NCBI RefSeq assembly: GCF_044704955.1
Contig: NW_027252668.1
Span: 3,224,001 to 3,288,000, forward strand
DNA length: 64,000 bases
Direction: 5' to 3'
From: Pristiophorus japonicus
Taxonomy: Eukaryota
This document shows positions 37,371 through 49,800 of this stretch, piece after piece. Position 1 is the first letter of the stretch. The number at the start of each line of letters is the position of its first letter. The translations under genes were made by a program, and so were the position numbers. A model generated the notes under the pieces. That model was not told where the DNA came from. It saw only the letters and a list, made by a program, of their open reading frames with translations, and did no database searches.

Positions 37371-38402
37371 TAACCCGGAAGCCCAGTGAGATCAGACTGG
37401 TGTAACCAGGGGAGGATGGGCCCAGTAAGTTCAGACAGTGTGTAACCTGGGGAGGATGGGCCCAGTGAGATCAGACAGTGTGTAACCCGGGGGCCCAGTG
37501 AGATCAGACAGTGCGTAACCCAAGGAGGTTGGGCCCAGTGAGATCAGACAGTGTGTAACCCGGGGGTGGGCCCAGTGAGATCAGACAGTGTGTAACCCGG
37601 GGGCCCAGTGAGATCAGACAGTGTGTAACCCAGGGACCCAGTCAGATCAGACAGTGTATAACCCCAGGGCCCAGTCAGATCAGACAGTGTGTAACCCGGG
37701 GAGGTTGGACCCAGTGAGATCAGACAGTGTGTAACCCGGGGGCCCAGTGAGATCAGACTGGTGTCACCCGGGGAGGATGGGCTCAGTGAGTTCAGACAGT
37801 GTGTAACCCGGAGAGGATGGGCCCAGTGAGATCAGACAGTGTGTAACCCGGGGGCCCAGTGAGATCAGACAGTGTGTAACCCGGGGGGCCCAGTGAGATC
37901 AGACAGTGTGTAACCCGGGGGCCCAGTGAGATCAGACAGTGTGTAACCCGGGGGCCCAGTGAGATCAGACAGTGTGTAACCCGGGGGCCCAGTGAGATCA
38001 GACTGGTGTCACCCGGGGAGGATGGGCCCAGTGAGATCAGACAGTGTGTCACCCGGGGGCCCAGTGAGATCAGACAGTGTGTAACCCAGGGGCCCAGTGA
38101 GATCAGACTGGTGTCACCCGGGGAGGATGGGCCCAGTGAGATCAGACAGTGTGTAACCCGGGGGCCCAGTGAGATCAGACAGTGTGTAACCCAGGGGCCC
38201 AGTGAGATCAGACAGTGTGTAACCCGGCGAGGATGGGCCCAGTGAGATCAGACAGTGTGTAACCCGGGGGCCCAGTGAGATCAGACAGTGTGTAACCCGG
38301 GGAGGATGGGCCCAGTGAGATCAGACAGTGTGTAACCCGGGGACCCAGTGACATCAGACAGTGTGTAACCCGGGGAGGATGGACTCAGTGAGATCACACA
38401 GT
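37370..38402. repeat. 35-41-bp minisatellite, right part
   Basis: Same unit, with GAGGAT-containing long variants. Confidence 0.95.
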
Positions 38403-38779
38403 CCTGGTTTGTCTAAGCAATAGACAGTAAATTCCGCAGTTTTGTCAAGAACTCTGGCAATTTGTGTGATGCTCCCGTGGGCTTGCCGGGGAAATGACAA
38501 ACTCCAACAAGAATACTCAACCCTGAACTTTCAGTTTTATTAAGCGTCAGAAAAGTATACATTACATTCCACTGCACACCATCAATATTTGTCTCATTTT
38601 CTGCCCTGCCATTATTAGATCTTCCGGTGAATGATGGAGTGATTGAGAAAGTTCCACAGGTGGAAGGAAACAGGGACTGTAGACTGAGGAACAATGGCCG
38701 GTGAACCAGCACAGGATTGTGAGAGCACCAACCAGAGATAACCCTTCTGATTCAAAGAGCTTCCATAGATCGACAGGGG

Positions 38780-39178
38780 CGAAAGGTAAGAGAGAGTCCC
38801 ATTGACCCAGATACATGCTGGTCCGGGGGACTGCGGAGAAAGGTAAGAGAGAGTCCCATTGACTCAGATACACACTGGAGATGGACTGGGGAGAAAGGTC
38901 AGAGAGAGTCCCATTGACCCAGATAAACATTGGTTCTGGGGCTGGACTGAGGAGAAAGGTCAGAGAGAATCCCATTGACTCAGATACACACTGGTCCTGG
39001 GGATGGACTGCAGAGAAAGGTCAGAGAGAGTCCCATTGCCTCAGATACACACTGGTCCTGGGGATGGACCACTGAGAAAGGTCAGAGAGAGTCACATTGA
39101 TTCAGATACACACTGGAGATGGACTGGGGAGAAAGGTCAGAGAGAGCCCCATTGACTCAAATACACACTGGTCCTGTA
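38780..39178. repeat. ~55-61-bp tandem repeat, ~7 units
   Basis: GAGAAAGGTCAGAGAGAGTCCCATTGACTCAGATACACACTGG recurs. Confidence 0.9.
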
Positions 39179-39364
39179 GACAGTACACAAAGATTACAAG
39201 GTAAGGCAGGAAATGATGGGAATGAGATTGGGAGAGTCTGACCACCGAGCACAATTATCCAGCAGGAGGTCGTGCAGTGGGACATGAAATAAGATCAGTT
39301 TCTGTCTCTGAACACACAGTCGCATTAAATCATGTGTGTTTTTAGAGTAAATTAAGTCACATTG

Positions 39365-41965
39365 TTGAAATAAGTGCAGTTGAGGTTATATACATGGACT
39401 TTCAAAAGCCATTTGATAAAGTATCACATAATGGACTTGTTTGTAAAATTGAAGCATATGGTGTTAAAGGGACAGTGGTAAATTGGATCTGTCATTAGCT
39501 GAGGGACAGGGGGCAGAGAGCAGTGGTGGACCGATGTTTCTCCAACTGCGGAGAAGTTTACATTGGGTCAACCAGGTGTCGCAATTGATGCCTTTGCTTT
39601 TCTGGTTATATTTTAAATGACCTGGTCTTCGCTATCGGGAGTGGACCTTCGAGGTTTGCTGAGGGCAAGAAAGTTGATTGTAGTAAATGGTGAGCAGGAT
39701 CGCAGCAGACTTTAGAAAGGCACAGACAGACTGGTGAACTGGACTGAAACATGGCAGATGCAATTTATTATAGCTCAGTGTGAAATGATACATTTTGGGA
39801 AGTTCAACAAGAGGCAGTATAATGCAGACGGTACTATTTTGAGGGGATGTAAGAGCAGAGAGACCTGGGGGTAAATATCCACAAATGTTTGAAGATGGAA
39901 GAGTAAGCTGATAAGACATTTAAGAGAGTGTATGGGATCTTTCACTTAGTAAATGGAACACTAAACATAAAAACAAGTTCAATGCTAACCCATTACAAAT
40001 CAGTGGTGAGGCTGGAGTATTGTGTACAATTCTGAGCAACACACATTAGGAAGAATGCCAAGGTGTTGGAGAGGGTATAGAGGAGGTTTACCAGGATGAT
40101 ACCCGAGACTTCAATTATGTGGAGAGATTAGTCATGCTTGACCAACCTTCCAGAATTTTTTGAGGATGTAACTAATAGAGTGGATAAGGGAGAACCAGTG
40201 GATAAGGGAGAACCAGTGGATGTGGTGTATTTCGAATTTCAAAAGGCTTTTGACAAGGTCCCACACAAGAGATGTGCAAAATTAAAGCACATGGTATTGG
40301 GGGTAATGTATTGACATGGATAGAGAACTGGTTGGCAGACAGGAAGCAAAGAGTAGGAACAAACGGGTTCTTTTCAGAACGGCAGGCAGTGACTGGTGGG
40401 GTGCTGGAAGGTTCCATGCGGCTGGGGGGGGTCGGGGGTTGGGGAAGGGGCGTGGAGGGGAGGTGCTGGGGTGGCTGATCCTCCATGATCTTGTTGAATG
40501 GTGGTGCAGGCTTGAAGGGCCGAATGGCCTACTCCTGCACCTATTTTCTATGTTTCTATGCTGGGAACCCAGCTATTTACAATATACATTCATGATTTAG
40601 ACAAAGGAATTGAATGTAATATCCCTACATTTGCAGATGACACTAAGCTGGGTGGCAGTGTGAGCTGTGAGGAGGAAGCTAAGAGGCTGCAGGGTGACTT
40701 GGACAGGTTAGGTGAGTGGGCAAATGCATGCCAGATGCAATATAATGTGGATAAATGTGATGTTATCCACTTTGGTGGCAAAAACAGGAAGGCAGAATAT
40801 TACCTGAATGGTGACAGATTAGGAAAAGGGGAGGTGCAACGAGAAGTGGGTGTCATGGTACATCAGTAATTGAAAGTTGGCATGCAGGTACAGATGGTGG
40901 TGAAGAAGGCAAATGGCATGTTGGCCTTCATAGCGAGAGGATTTGAGTATAGGAGCAGGGAGGTCTTACTGCAGTTATACTGGGCCTTGGTGAGGCCACA
41001 CCTGGAGTATTATGTACAGTTTTGGTCTGCTAACTTGAGGAAGGACATTCTTGCTATTGAGGGAGTGCAGCGAAGGTTCACCAGACTGATTCCCAGGATG
41101 GCGGGACTGACATATGAAGAAAGATTGGATCGACTAGGCTTATATTCACTGGAATTTAGAAGAATGAGAGGGGATCTCATAAAAACATATACAATTCTGA
41201 TAGGATTGGACAGGTTAGATACAGAAAGAATGTTCCCGATGTTGGGAAAGTCCAGACTCAGGGGTCACAGTCTAAGGATAAGGGGGTAAGCCATTTAGGA
41301 CCGAGATGAGGAGAAACTTCTTCACTCAGAGAATTCTGAACCTGTGGGATTGTCTACCACAGAAAGTTGTTGAGGCCCGTTCGTTAGATATATTCAAAAG
41401 GAGTTAGTGGTGGCCTTTACGGCTAAAGGGATCAAGGGGTATGGAGAGAAAGCAGAAATGGAGGACTGAAGTTGCAAACATGCTCAGCCATGATCATATT
41501 GAATGGTGGTGTAGGCTCGAAGAGCCAAATGGCCTACTCCTGCACCTCTTTTCTATGTTTCTATAAGTTGGGATTGTTGCCTTTAGAACAGAAACGGTTA
41601 AGGGGAGATCCAACAGAGTTATTCAAAATTGCGAGAGATTTTTATAGAGCAAGTCGGAAGAAATATTTCCTCTGACCAGTCGGGCTGTAAACAAAGGTCA
41701 CAGTTTTAAAATAATCGGCTAAGGAACTAGAGTGGAATTAGGAGAATGTGTTTTATGCAGATGTTTCAGATCTGGAATGTACCTGAGAGACTGGTGGAAG
41801 CAAACTCCATAGGAACATTCAAAAAGCAATTGGACCTGTTCTTGAAGAAGACCCATTTTCAGGGTTTTGGGGACACTGCTGGGGTGTGGGCTTAGTTGGG
41901 ACAGCTTTTCACCAACCAGTACAGACTGGATGGACTAAATGGCCTCCTATGTTGTAAGATTAGAA
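39365..41965 (+). mobile_element. Nested CR1s: old copy (39365-40130, 41566-41965) interrupted by a younger copy (40130-41565) that contains a CR1 tail (~40410-40560)
   Basis: Two successive sets of RT/C-terminal motifs and two TTTCTATGTTTCTAT tails. Confidence 0.8.
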
Positions 41966-42299
41966 GGGGTTTGATCAAAGAGGTGACTCCAGTCTGAGGC
42001 AGAGCCCAGCAGGTATACACCATCTCATTTTCTGTTTTATTTCAGATTTCCTGCCTCTGCAGTATTTTGCTTTTGTATTAGTGGAAATCTGGAACTTTCT
42101 CCACCCAAAATGCTGTTGAGTTTGGGGTTCATTTGAAAATGTCAAAACTGAGATTATTAGATGTTTGTTGGGCATTAAGATTCTGGAACCAAGGAAGGCC
42201 CATGGAGTCAAGGTACAGATCAGCCGTGACCCAGTTCAATGGTGGAACATGTTGGAGGGGTTCAAGGGCCACCTCCTGTTGCTATGTAGTCCTCCCACC

Positions 42300-42800
42300 A
42301 CTGGCGGCGCTGCAGTGAAGTGTTCTTGCTCCCCCACACAGGCGCAATGTCGCTCCTGCAATGAATCCGGGGATTCCCAATGGGCGGGGTTTGCCTCTTG
42401 CGCCGGCCGGGCGGATGGCGCGGGCCAGTGTGCGAGTGACGGTAAGGAACAGAAGGGTTGCCCGGGTTACCGAGGCGGGGCCGGTGTGTGAGTGACGGTG
42501 AGGAACAAGAGAGTTGTCCGGGTTACCGGGCGGGGCCGGTGTGTGAGTGACGGTGAGGAACAGAAGGGTTGTCCGGGTTACCGGGGCGGGGCCGGTGTGT
42601 GAGTGACGGTGAGGAACAAGAGGGTTGCCCGGGTTACCGGGGCGGGGCCGTTGTGTGAGTGACGGTGAGGAACAGGAGGGTTGCCCGTGTGACCGCGGCC
42701 ATGCTCTGTCACTGGGGTAACGGGGCTGTGTTGAGCTCACAGATTGAGAGCGGGCGGTTCAGTCCCAGACTTTGTATCACACACGGAGGGCCCGGGAATG
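42300..42800 (+). promoter_or_regulatory. CpG island containing a ~56-bp GC-box minisatellite (5 units, ~42428-42695)
   Basis: GTGTGAGTGACGGTGAGGAACAGAAGGGTTGCCCGGGTTACCGGGGCGGGGCCG units; CCAAT+GC box at ~42377; 3' part similar to 33355-33425. Confidence 0.65.
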
Positions 42801-43622
42801 GAACAGTGACGGGACGAACAATAGACGAGCTGATTGAGCACTTGTTACAGACTGCATGGAATCCATTTCAGGACTGAGTTCCCACAACTTTTTAAAAGAT
42901 GGATTTACAAGATGGCCAAATCTGACAGGACATAAATTTCTATTATATCACAGGGTCCAGTCCAACCATCCAGGGCAGTGAGTCCCTGTAATATTGGATT
43001 TTAACCTATGGGAATTATTCTGATAATCTGTTATTGTCACAAGGCAAATGGCATTGTTCGTTTAACATCAATTTAGTCAAACTCAATGAGCGATCCGATC
43101 TCCAAAGCGAAACATCTCCTTAAAGCTGACGGTATCGGCAGTTCTGAAGCTCATTTCTTACTGTGAGGGTGTCAGAATGAGAAGCTTTAACAACAGCCAA
43201 TGTTTCACAAAGGGAGACCTCACCAGACCAAAGGACATTGGTGGCGTTTAATGGGCTGTTTGTGTCACTGGGCTACAGGAGGCTAATTTTAAACAGAAGA
43301 AAAGCTGGTCACAGCAAACAGACAGTTTAACAGCCTGTCCATGGTCCACTCTAACCCCCACCTTCTCTTTCTCTCACTATTTATGGACACTGCTGCAGTA
43401 ATTGTCCCTCCGACACCACTAATACACGGCCCAACACAATCTTCCTCCCCGCTACATCCTCACTGTGCTGGAATCCACACCAGTCTCCCCATCTGCTCCT
43501 TGTTCTCTCCCTGGATCCTAAAACTACCGAACTCAGTCTGTCCCTCCTGAAGTCTACAGGCTCCAAAATTGATGCTTGGTGGCCCTCAGTTCCATCTCCT
43601 TGATTTAGCTCCACTTCTCCAC

Positions 43623-43838
43623 TCTTTCCCCCTTGGTTGTGTTCCACACTCTGGGCCCTGGGCCTTCCCTGGGGTTTCTCAGTATGAACAGGGGGATGTT
43701 TTGAGACAGGGTGTCCTAGCTCTCCTCCCCTTTCCCCCTGTGGTTGTGTCCCACGCTCTGGGTCCTTGGGCCTTCCCCGGGGATTCTCAGTATGAACAGG
43801 CGGGGTGTGTGTTGAGACAGGATGTCCCAGCTCTCCAC
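43623..43838. repeat. ~107-bp direct duplication
   Basis: TTTCCCCC.TGGTTGTGT.CCAC.CTCTGGG...CTCAGTATGAACAGG...TTGAGACAGG.TGTCC.AGCTCTCC occurs twice. Confidence 0.8.
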
Positions 43839-44369
43839 CTTTAAAGGGACAAGGAGAGGACCTGCTGGCTGAATGGCCCTGCTTTATGACATCACTGCAG
43901 TGCCCAGCAACCAACCTCCCTGAGCCCTGCTCATTATGGGCTGGGTTTAGCTCAGTGCTGTTACAGGAAGAGAAACAGGAGCAGGATTCGACCCGTGTGG
44001 AGCCCAGGATTAATGGGGAGAGGTACAGGATCAATGTATACCTTATTGAGTGAGAAATGTTATTGTCCAGGACACTCCCTGTCCCTCAGTATCTGTGGTC
44101 CCGGGAGTGACTGATGGGTTTGTGTTAACTTCTGTAGGTGAATCTTTGTGCTCATTGAGGTGATGGATGTCAGTGCCGAGGAACAGGACATTTTATAAGA
44201 ACATAAGAATTAGGAGCAGGAGTCGGCCATATGGCCCCTCGAGCCTGCTCCGTCATTCGATAAGATAATAGCTGATGCTCAACCTCTGTCAGTCAGAGCA
44301 CCTCTTGTCAGCTTCTGAATTTCCCGGGGCAGGAACAGTACAGTTTACATACAGAATAAACTCCCTCAA

Positions 44370-44622
44370 CACTTCCCTGGGTGTGTTTGATGGGACTCTG
44401 TATCTAACCGTGCTGTACCAGCCCTGGGAGTGTTTGATGGTACAGTGGAGAGGGAGCTTTACTCTGTATCTAACCCCGTGCTGTACCTGCCCTGGGAGTG
44501 TATGATGGTACAGTGTAGAGGGAGCTTTATTCTGTATCTAATGCATGCTGTACTTGTCCTGGGAGTGTTTGATGGTACAGTGTAGAGGGAGCTTTACTCT
44601 GTATCTAACCCGTGCTGTACCT
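44370..44622. repeat. ~66-bp tandem repeat, ~4 units
   Basis: CTGTATCTAACCCGTGCTGTACCTGCCCTGGGAGTGTTTGATGGTACAGTGTAGAGGGAGCTTTACT. Confidence 0.85.
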
Positions 44623-44705
44623 TCTTTTTTTATTAATTCACGGAATGTGGGCGTTTATTGCCCATTTCTAATTGCCCTGGAACCACCTTCTTGAACCGTT
44701 GCAGT

Positions 44706-45095
44706 CCATAAGAACAGAAGCAGCACGAGTAGACCATATGGCCCCTCGAGCCTGCTCCATCATTTAATACGATCATGGCTGATCCAATCATGGACTCAGG
44801 TCTACTTCCCTGCCCGCTCCCCATAACCCCTTATCCTCTTATTAGTTAAGAAACTGTCTATCTCTGTCTTAAATTTATTCAATGTCCCAGCTTCCATAGC
44901 GCTCTGAGGCAGTGAATTCCACAGATTTACAACCCTCTGAGAGAAGAAATTCCTCCTCATCTCAGTTTTAAATGGGCGGCCCCTTGCTCTACTCTCCCCT
45001 ATCAGTGGAAACATCCTCTCTGCATCCACCTTGTCAGGCCCCCTCATAATCTTGTATGTTACGATTAAGATCACCTCTCATTCTTCTGAATTCCA
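44706..45095 (-). mobile_element. CR1 3' end inserted into another LINE 3' end (~44625-45310)
   Basis: CATAAGAACA tail; RNFFSQRVVNLWNSLP. Confidence 0.75.
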
Positions 45096-45314
45096 TGTGG
45101 TGATGGTACTCCCACCGTGCTGTTATAGAGGATTTTGACTCAGCGACGATGAACGAACGGAAATATGCTTCCAAATCAGGATGGTGTGTGACTACGAGGG
45201 AAATGTGGAGGTGGTGGTGTTCCCATGTGCTTGCTGCCCTTGTCCTTCTCGGTGGTAGAGTTTGGGGGTTTGGGAATGCTGCTGAAGATGCCGTGGCGAG
45301 TTGCTGGAAAAGGT

Positions 45315-45573
45315 AGCGTAGTGGTAACATCACCGGACTACCAATCCAGATGCCTAGACAAATGATCCAGAGACACGAGTTCAAATCCAACCACGGCAGC
45401 TGGGGAATTTAAATTCAGTTTATTAAATAATTCTGGAATAAAATGCTAGTGTCGGTATGTTGACCATGAAACTAATGGATTGTTGTAAAAACCCACCTGG
45501 TTCACTAATGTCCTTTAGGGAAGGAAATCTGCCAACCTTTCCCGGTCTGACCTATATGTGACTCCAGACCCAC
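45315..45573 (+). mobile_element. Probable tRNA-derived SINE
   Basis: A-box-like GCGTAGTGG and B box GAGTTCAAATCC, then a non-coding body; truncated by the RTE. Confidence 0.5.
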
Positions 45574-45574
45574 A

Positions 45575-46485
45575 TATCATCATCACAGGCAGTCCCTCGG
45601 AATTGAGGAAGACTTCCTTCCACTCTTAACATGAGTTCTTAGGTGGCTGTACAGTCCAAAACGAGAACCACAGTCTCTGTCACAGGTGGGGCAGTTGTTG
45701 AGGGAAGGGGTGGGTGGGACTGGTTTGCTGCACGCTCTTTCCGTTGCCTGTGCTTGTATTCTGCATGCCCTCCCGGATGCGCTTCCTCCACTTAGGGCAG
45801 TCTTTGGCCAGGGTCTCCCAGGTGTCAGTGGGGATGTTGCACTTTATCAGGGAGGCTTTCAGGGCGTGCTTGTAACGTTTCCGCTGCCCACCTTTGGCTC
45901 GTTTGCCGTGAAGGAGTTCCGAGTAGAGCGCTTGCTTTGGGAATCTCGTGTCTGGCATGCGAACTATGTGGCCTGCCTAGCGGAGCTGATCAAGTGTGGT
46001 CAGTGTTTCGATGTTGGCCTGGTCGAGGATGCTAATGTTGGTGCATCTGTCCTCCCAGGGGATTTGTAGGATGTTGCGGAGACATCGCTGATGGTATTTC
46101 TCCCGAGACTTGAGGTGTCTACTGTACATGGTGCCTCTGAGCCATACAGGAGGGCGAGTATTACTACAGCCCTGTAGACTATGAGCTTGGTGGTAGACTT
46201 GAGGCCCTGGTCTTCGAACACTCTTTTCCTCAGGTGGCTGAAGGCTGCGCTGGCGCATTGGAGGCGGTGTTCAATCTCCTCATCAATATCTGCTTTTGTT
46301 GATAAGAGGTTCCCGAGGAAATGGTGCACGTTGTCCAGGGCCACACCGTGGATCTTGATGACTGGGGGGCAGTGCTGAGTGGCGAGGACAGGATGTTTAG
46401 CGTAAGGCCTATGCTTTCATATGCCTCGGTAAATACGTCGACTATATCCTGGAGTTCAGCCTCAATGTGCGCAGACGCAGCCACT
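45575..46485 (-). mobile_element. RTE-clade LINE fragment
   Basis: (ATC)n tail on plus; RMPDTRFPKQALYSELLHGKR; paralogous to 28701-29786. Confidence 0.88.
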
Positions 46486-46874
46486 CAGTTGTACACAACC
46501 GCTACAAAAAACAATAATATGAATAAAACTGGACAGATCACCCGGCATTGACCTCGGCACCGGCTACGGACAAGACAATGGCACACCAAGCGCAGTCGAC
46601 CCTGAAAAGTCCTCCTCACCAACATCTGGGGACTTGTGTCAAAATTAGGAGAGCTGCCCCACAGACTAGTCAAGCAACAGCCTGACAGTCATACTCAGAG
46701 AATCATACCTTTCAGCCAATGTCCCAGACTCCTCCATCACCATCCCTGGGTATGTCTTGTCCCACTGGCAGCACAGTGGTATACAGTCGGGAGGGACTGG
46801 CCTTGGGAGTCCACAGCATTGACGCCAGACACCATGAAGTCCCATGGCTTCAGGTCAAACATGGGCAAGGAAAA

Positions 46875-49800
46875 TGCCATGTATTCAACTGTCATTGTAA
46901 TCCATGTATAAACTGACCTAAGTTGTACACTGTGCGAACATTGACCACTAGGTGGTGAACTTGTGGGAGACACTCCTAACCTGGACTTTCAGGTATAAAA
47001 GGGGAAGCTCCACCCACCTTCATCACTTCAGTGTTGGAATAAAGGTTACTGGTCACAGAGTGACCTTCTCTCAAGTATGGGCCTCGTGTGCATTTGTACT
47101 GTATAGTAAGGACATATCATTGGCAACGAGAAACTGGGATTTAAACCACTCGAGCATGGCCACTAGCAGCACAGACAAGAGGTACTGTGTTGGTGATGAT
47201 TGGGACGATTCTATTGAGAGACTAAAGCAAAGTTGCGTCACTAAGGAATGGCTGGGACAGGATTCGGCCGTCAAACGCATGGCTCATCTCCTGACGGTTT
47301 GTGGATCCAGAACGTACTCCCTGATGAAACATAGAAAATAGGTGCAGGAGCAGGCCATTCAGCCCTTCTAGCCTGCACCGCCATTCAATGAGTTCATGGC
47401 TGAACATGAAACTTCAGTACCCCCTTCCTGCTTTCTCTCCATACCCCTTGATCCCCCGAGTAGTAAGGACTTCATCTAACTCCCTTTTGAATATATTTAG
47501 TGAATTGGCCTCAACTACTTTCTGTGGTAGAGAATTCCACAGGTTCACCACTCTCTGGGTGAAGAAGTTTCTCCTCATCTCGGTGCCTTCCAGTGCCAGA
47601 GAAGCCGGCAGACAAGACTTTTGAAGAGCTCAGTAAGTTGATCGGGGAACACTTTAAACCGGCAAGCAGCAGCACATGGCGAGGCACCGGTTTTACATGC
47701 ACCTGCGGCAAGAAGGGCAAAGCGTTCCAGACTTCGTGGCAGACCTCCGGCGACTGGCGAACCTATATAAGTTCCCAGTCCCAGAGACTTTTTTATTGAG
47801 GGCACCAGGCACGCTGGGGTTTTCAGGAAACTGATTGAGACCTAAGACTTGACCCTGGAAACAGCGGCTTTGATGGCCCAGACATTCATCTCGGGAGGAA
47901 GAGACCAGAATGATATTTGACAAAAATCTTGGTTTAAATGCAGCAAATGGACAGGGAGTCAACATTGTTAACGCGGCACACAGCTCTCCAGGCAGACAAG
48001 GGCAATCGGACATGCCCGAGCATGTAGTCGAACCCAAAGGGGGAATTCAACAGAGACAATGGCTAGCTGAACGGTGATTCATGACATCGCAAGGGACAAT
48101 GCGGCCAGTAATGGGGCCATCAACACCTGCCAATGGTGTGTTTAAGGACAGTTACAGAGACAGTCAGAGACGATCGACTGGTAATGGACCTTTTGTTTCC
48201 AACAACGGCTCATGTTGGAGGTGTGGAGGCAAACACACAGCCAGAGCTTGCAGGTATCAGCAATATACCTGCAGAAACTGCAACGTCAGCGGTCACTTGG
48301 CGCGTATGTGCAGGAAACCTGCAGCCAGGTTGATGTACGAGGACGACGGGCCCGATGTAAGCCCTACGAGGCCAAACGGACACTGGGGGAAATCGCTGAA
48401 AGCTGACGTTCAGCGAGTTCATGTGGAGCACATATACAGTTCATACACCAGGATGCCACCGATAATGATGAAAGTGCTCCTCAATGGCATCCCAGTATCA
48501 ATGGAGCTAGACACAGGGGCCAGTCAGTCCCTGATGAGTATCAAACAGTTTGACAAGTTGTGGGCGTCCAAGGCCAGGAGGCCAAAATTATTGCCGATTG
48601 ACGCACAGCTACGGACATATACAAAGGAGATCATTCCGGTGCTAGGCAGCGCCACGGTAGTCGTGACCCACAAAGATTCGGAGAACAGGTTGCCACTCTG
48701 GATTGTCCCGGGGGACGGTCCCGCACTGCTGGGGAGGAGTTGGCTTGCTGTCATGAACTGGAAATGGGGCGATGTCAATACAATTTTTATGTGGAGTGAA
48801 TATCATGCTCACAGGTCCTGGACAAATTTGACTCACTATTTCAACCCGGCATTGGCAATTTCATGGGGACCAAGGTAGTGATTCACATAAACCCAGACGC
48901 CAGGCCAGTACACCACAAGGCCAGAGCAGTGCCGTACATGATGTGGGAAAAGATAGGTGGTGAATTGGACCGCCTGCTGAGGGAAGGCATCATCTCGCCA
49001 GTCAAATTCAGTGACTGGCGAGCCCGATTGTGCTCAATCAGGATATGTGGTGATTATAAGGCCACCATCAATCGGGTATCACTCCAAGACCAGTACCCAC
49101 TACCGAGAGCGGAGGACCTCTTTGCGACACTATCCAGTGGCAAACTTTTTTCAAAATTGGACCTGATCTCAGCTTACATGACCCAGGAGCTGGCGAGTGA
49201 GTCGAAGAAGCTGACCACCACCACGACACACAAGGGTTGTTTGAGTACAATAGATGTCCATTCGAGATTTGCTCGGCCGCCGCAATCTTTCAACGAAACA
49301 TGGAAAGTCTCATGTCGATTCCAAGGACGGTGGTTTTTCAAGACGACATCCTCATCACAGGTTGCGATACTGAAGAACACCTCCACAACCTGGAGGAGGT
49401 GCTACGCAGACTGGACTGGGTAGGTCTGCGACTGAAAAAGGCGAAGTGCGTCTTCCTAGCTCCAGAGGTAGAATTCCTGGGGATGAGGGTAGCAGCAGAC
49501 GGGATCAGACCTACTGCGTCCAAAACAGAAGCGATCCAGAGAGCACCCAGACCCCGTAACATGATGGAGTTGCATTCGTTCCTGGGACTCCTGAACTATT
49601 TTGGTAACTTTCTTCCCAAATTGAACACGCTGTTAGAGCCGCTACATGTGCTCCTACGCAAAGGTCGCGAATGGGTCTGGGGGGACAGCCAGGAAAGGGC
49701 TTTTGATAACAAACTGCGTGCTCTATGCTCCAACAATCTGTTAATGCTAATATGACCCATTTAAAAAACTTGTTTTAACGTGCAATGCGTCGTCCCATGG

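Noticed and set aside
33654-38402. Regular ~35-bp repeats resembling a CRISPR array
   Set aside because: No unique spacers, no cas genes, vertebrate context; ordinary minisatellite.
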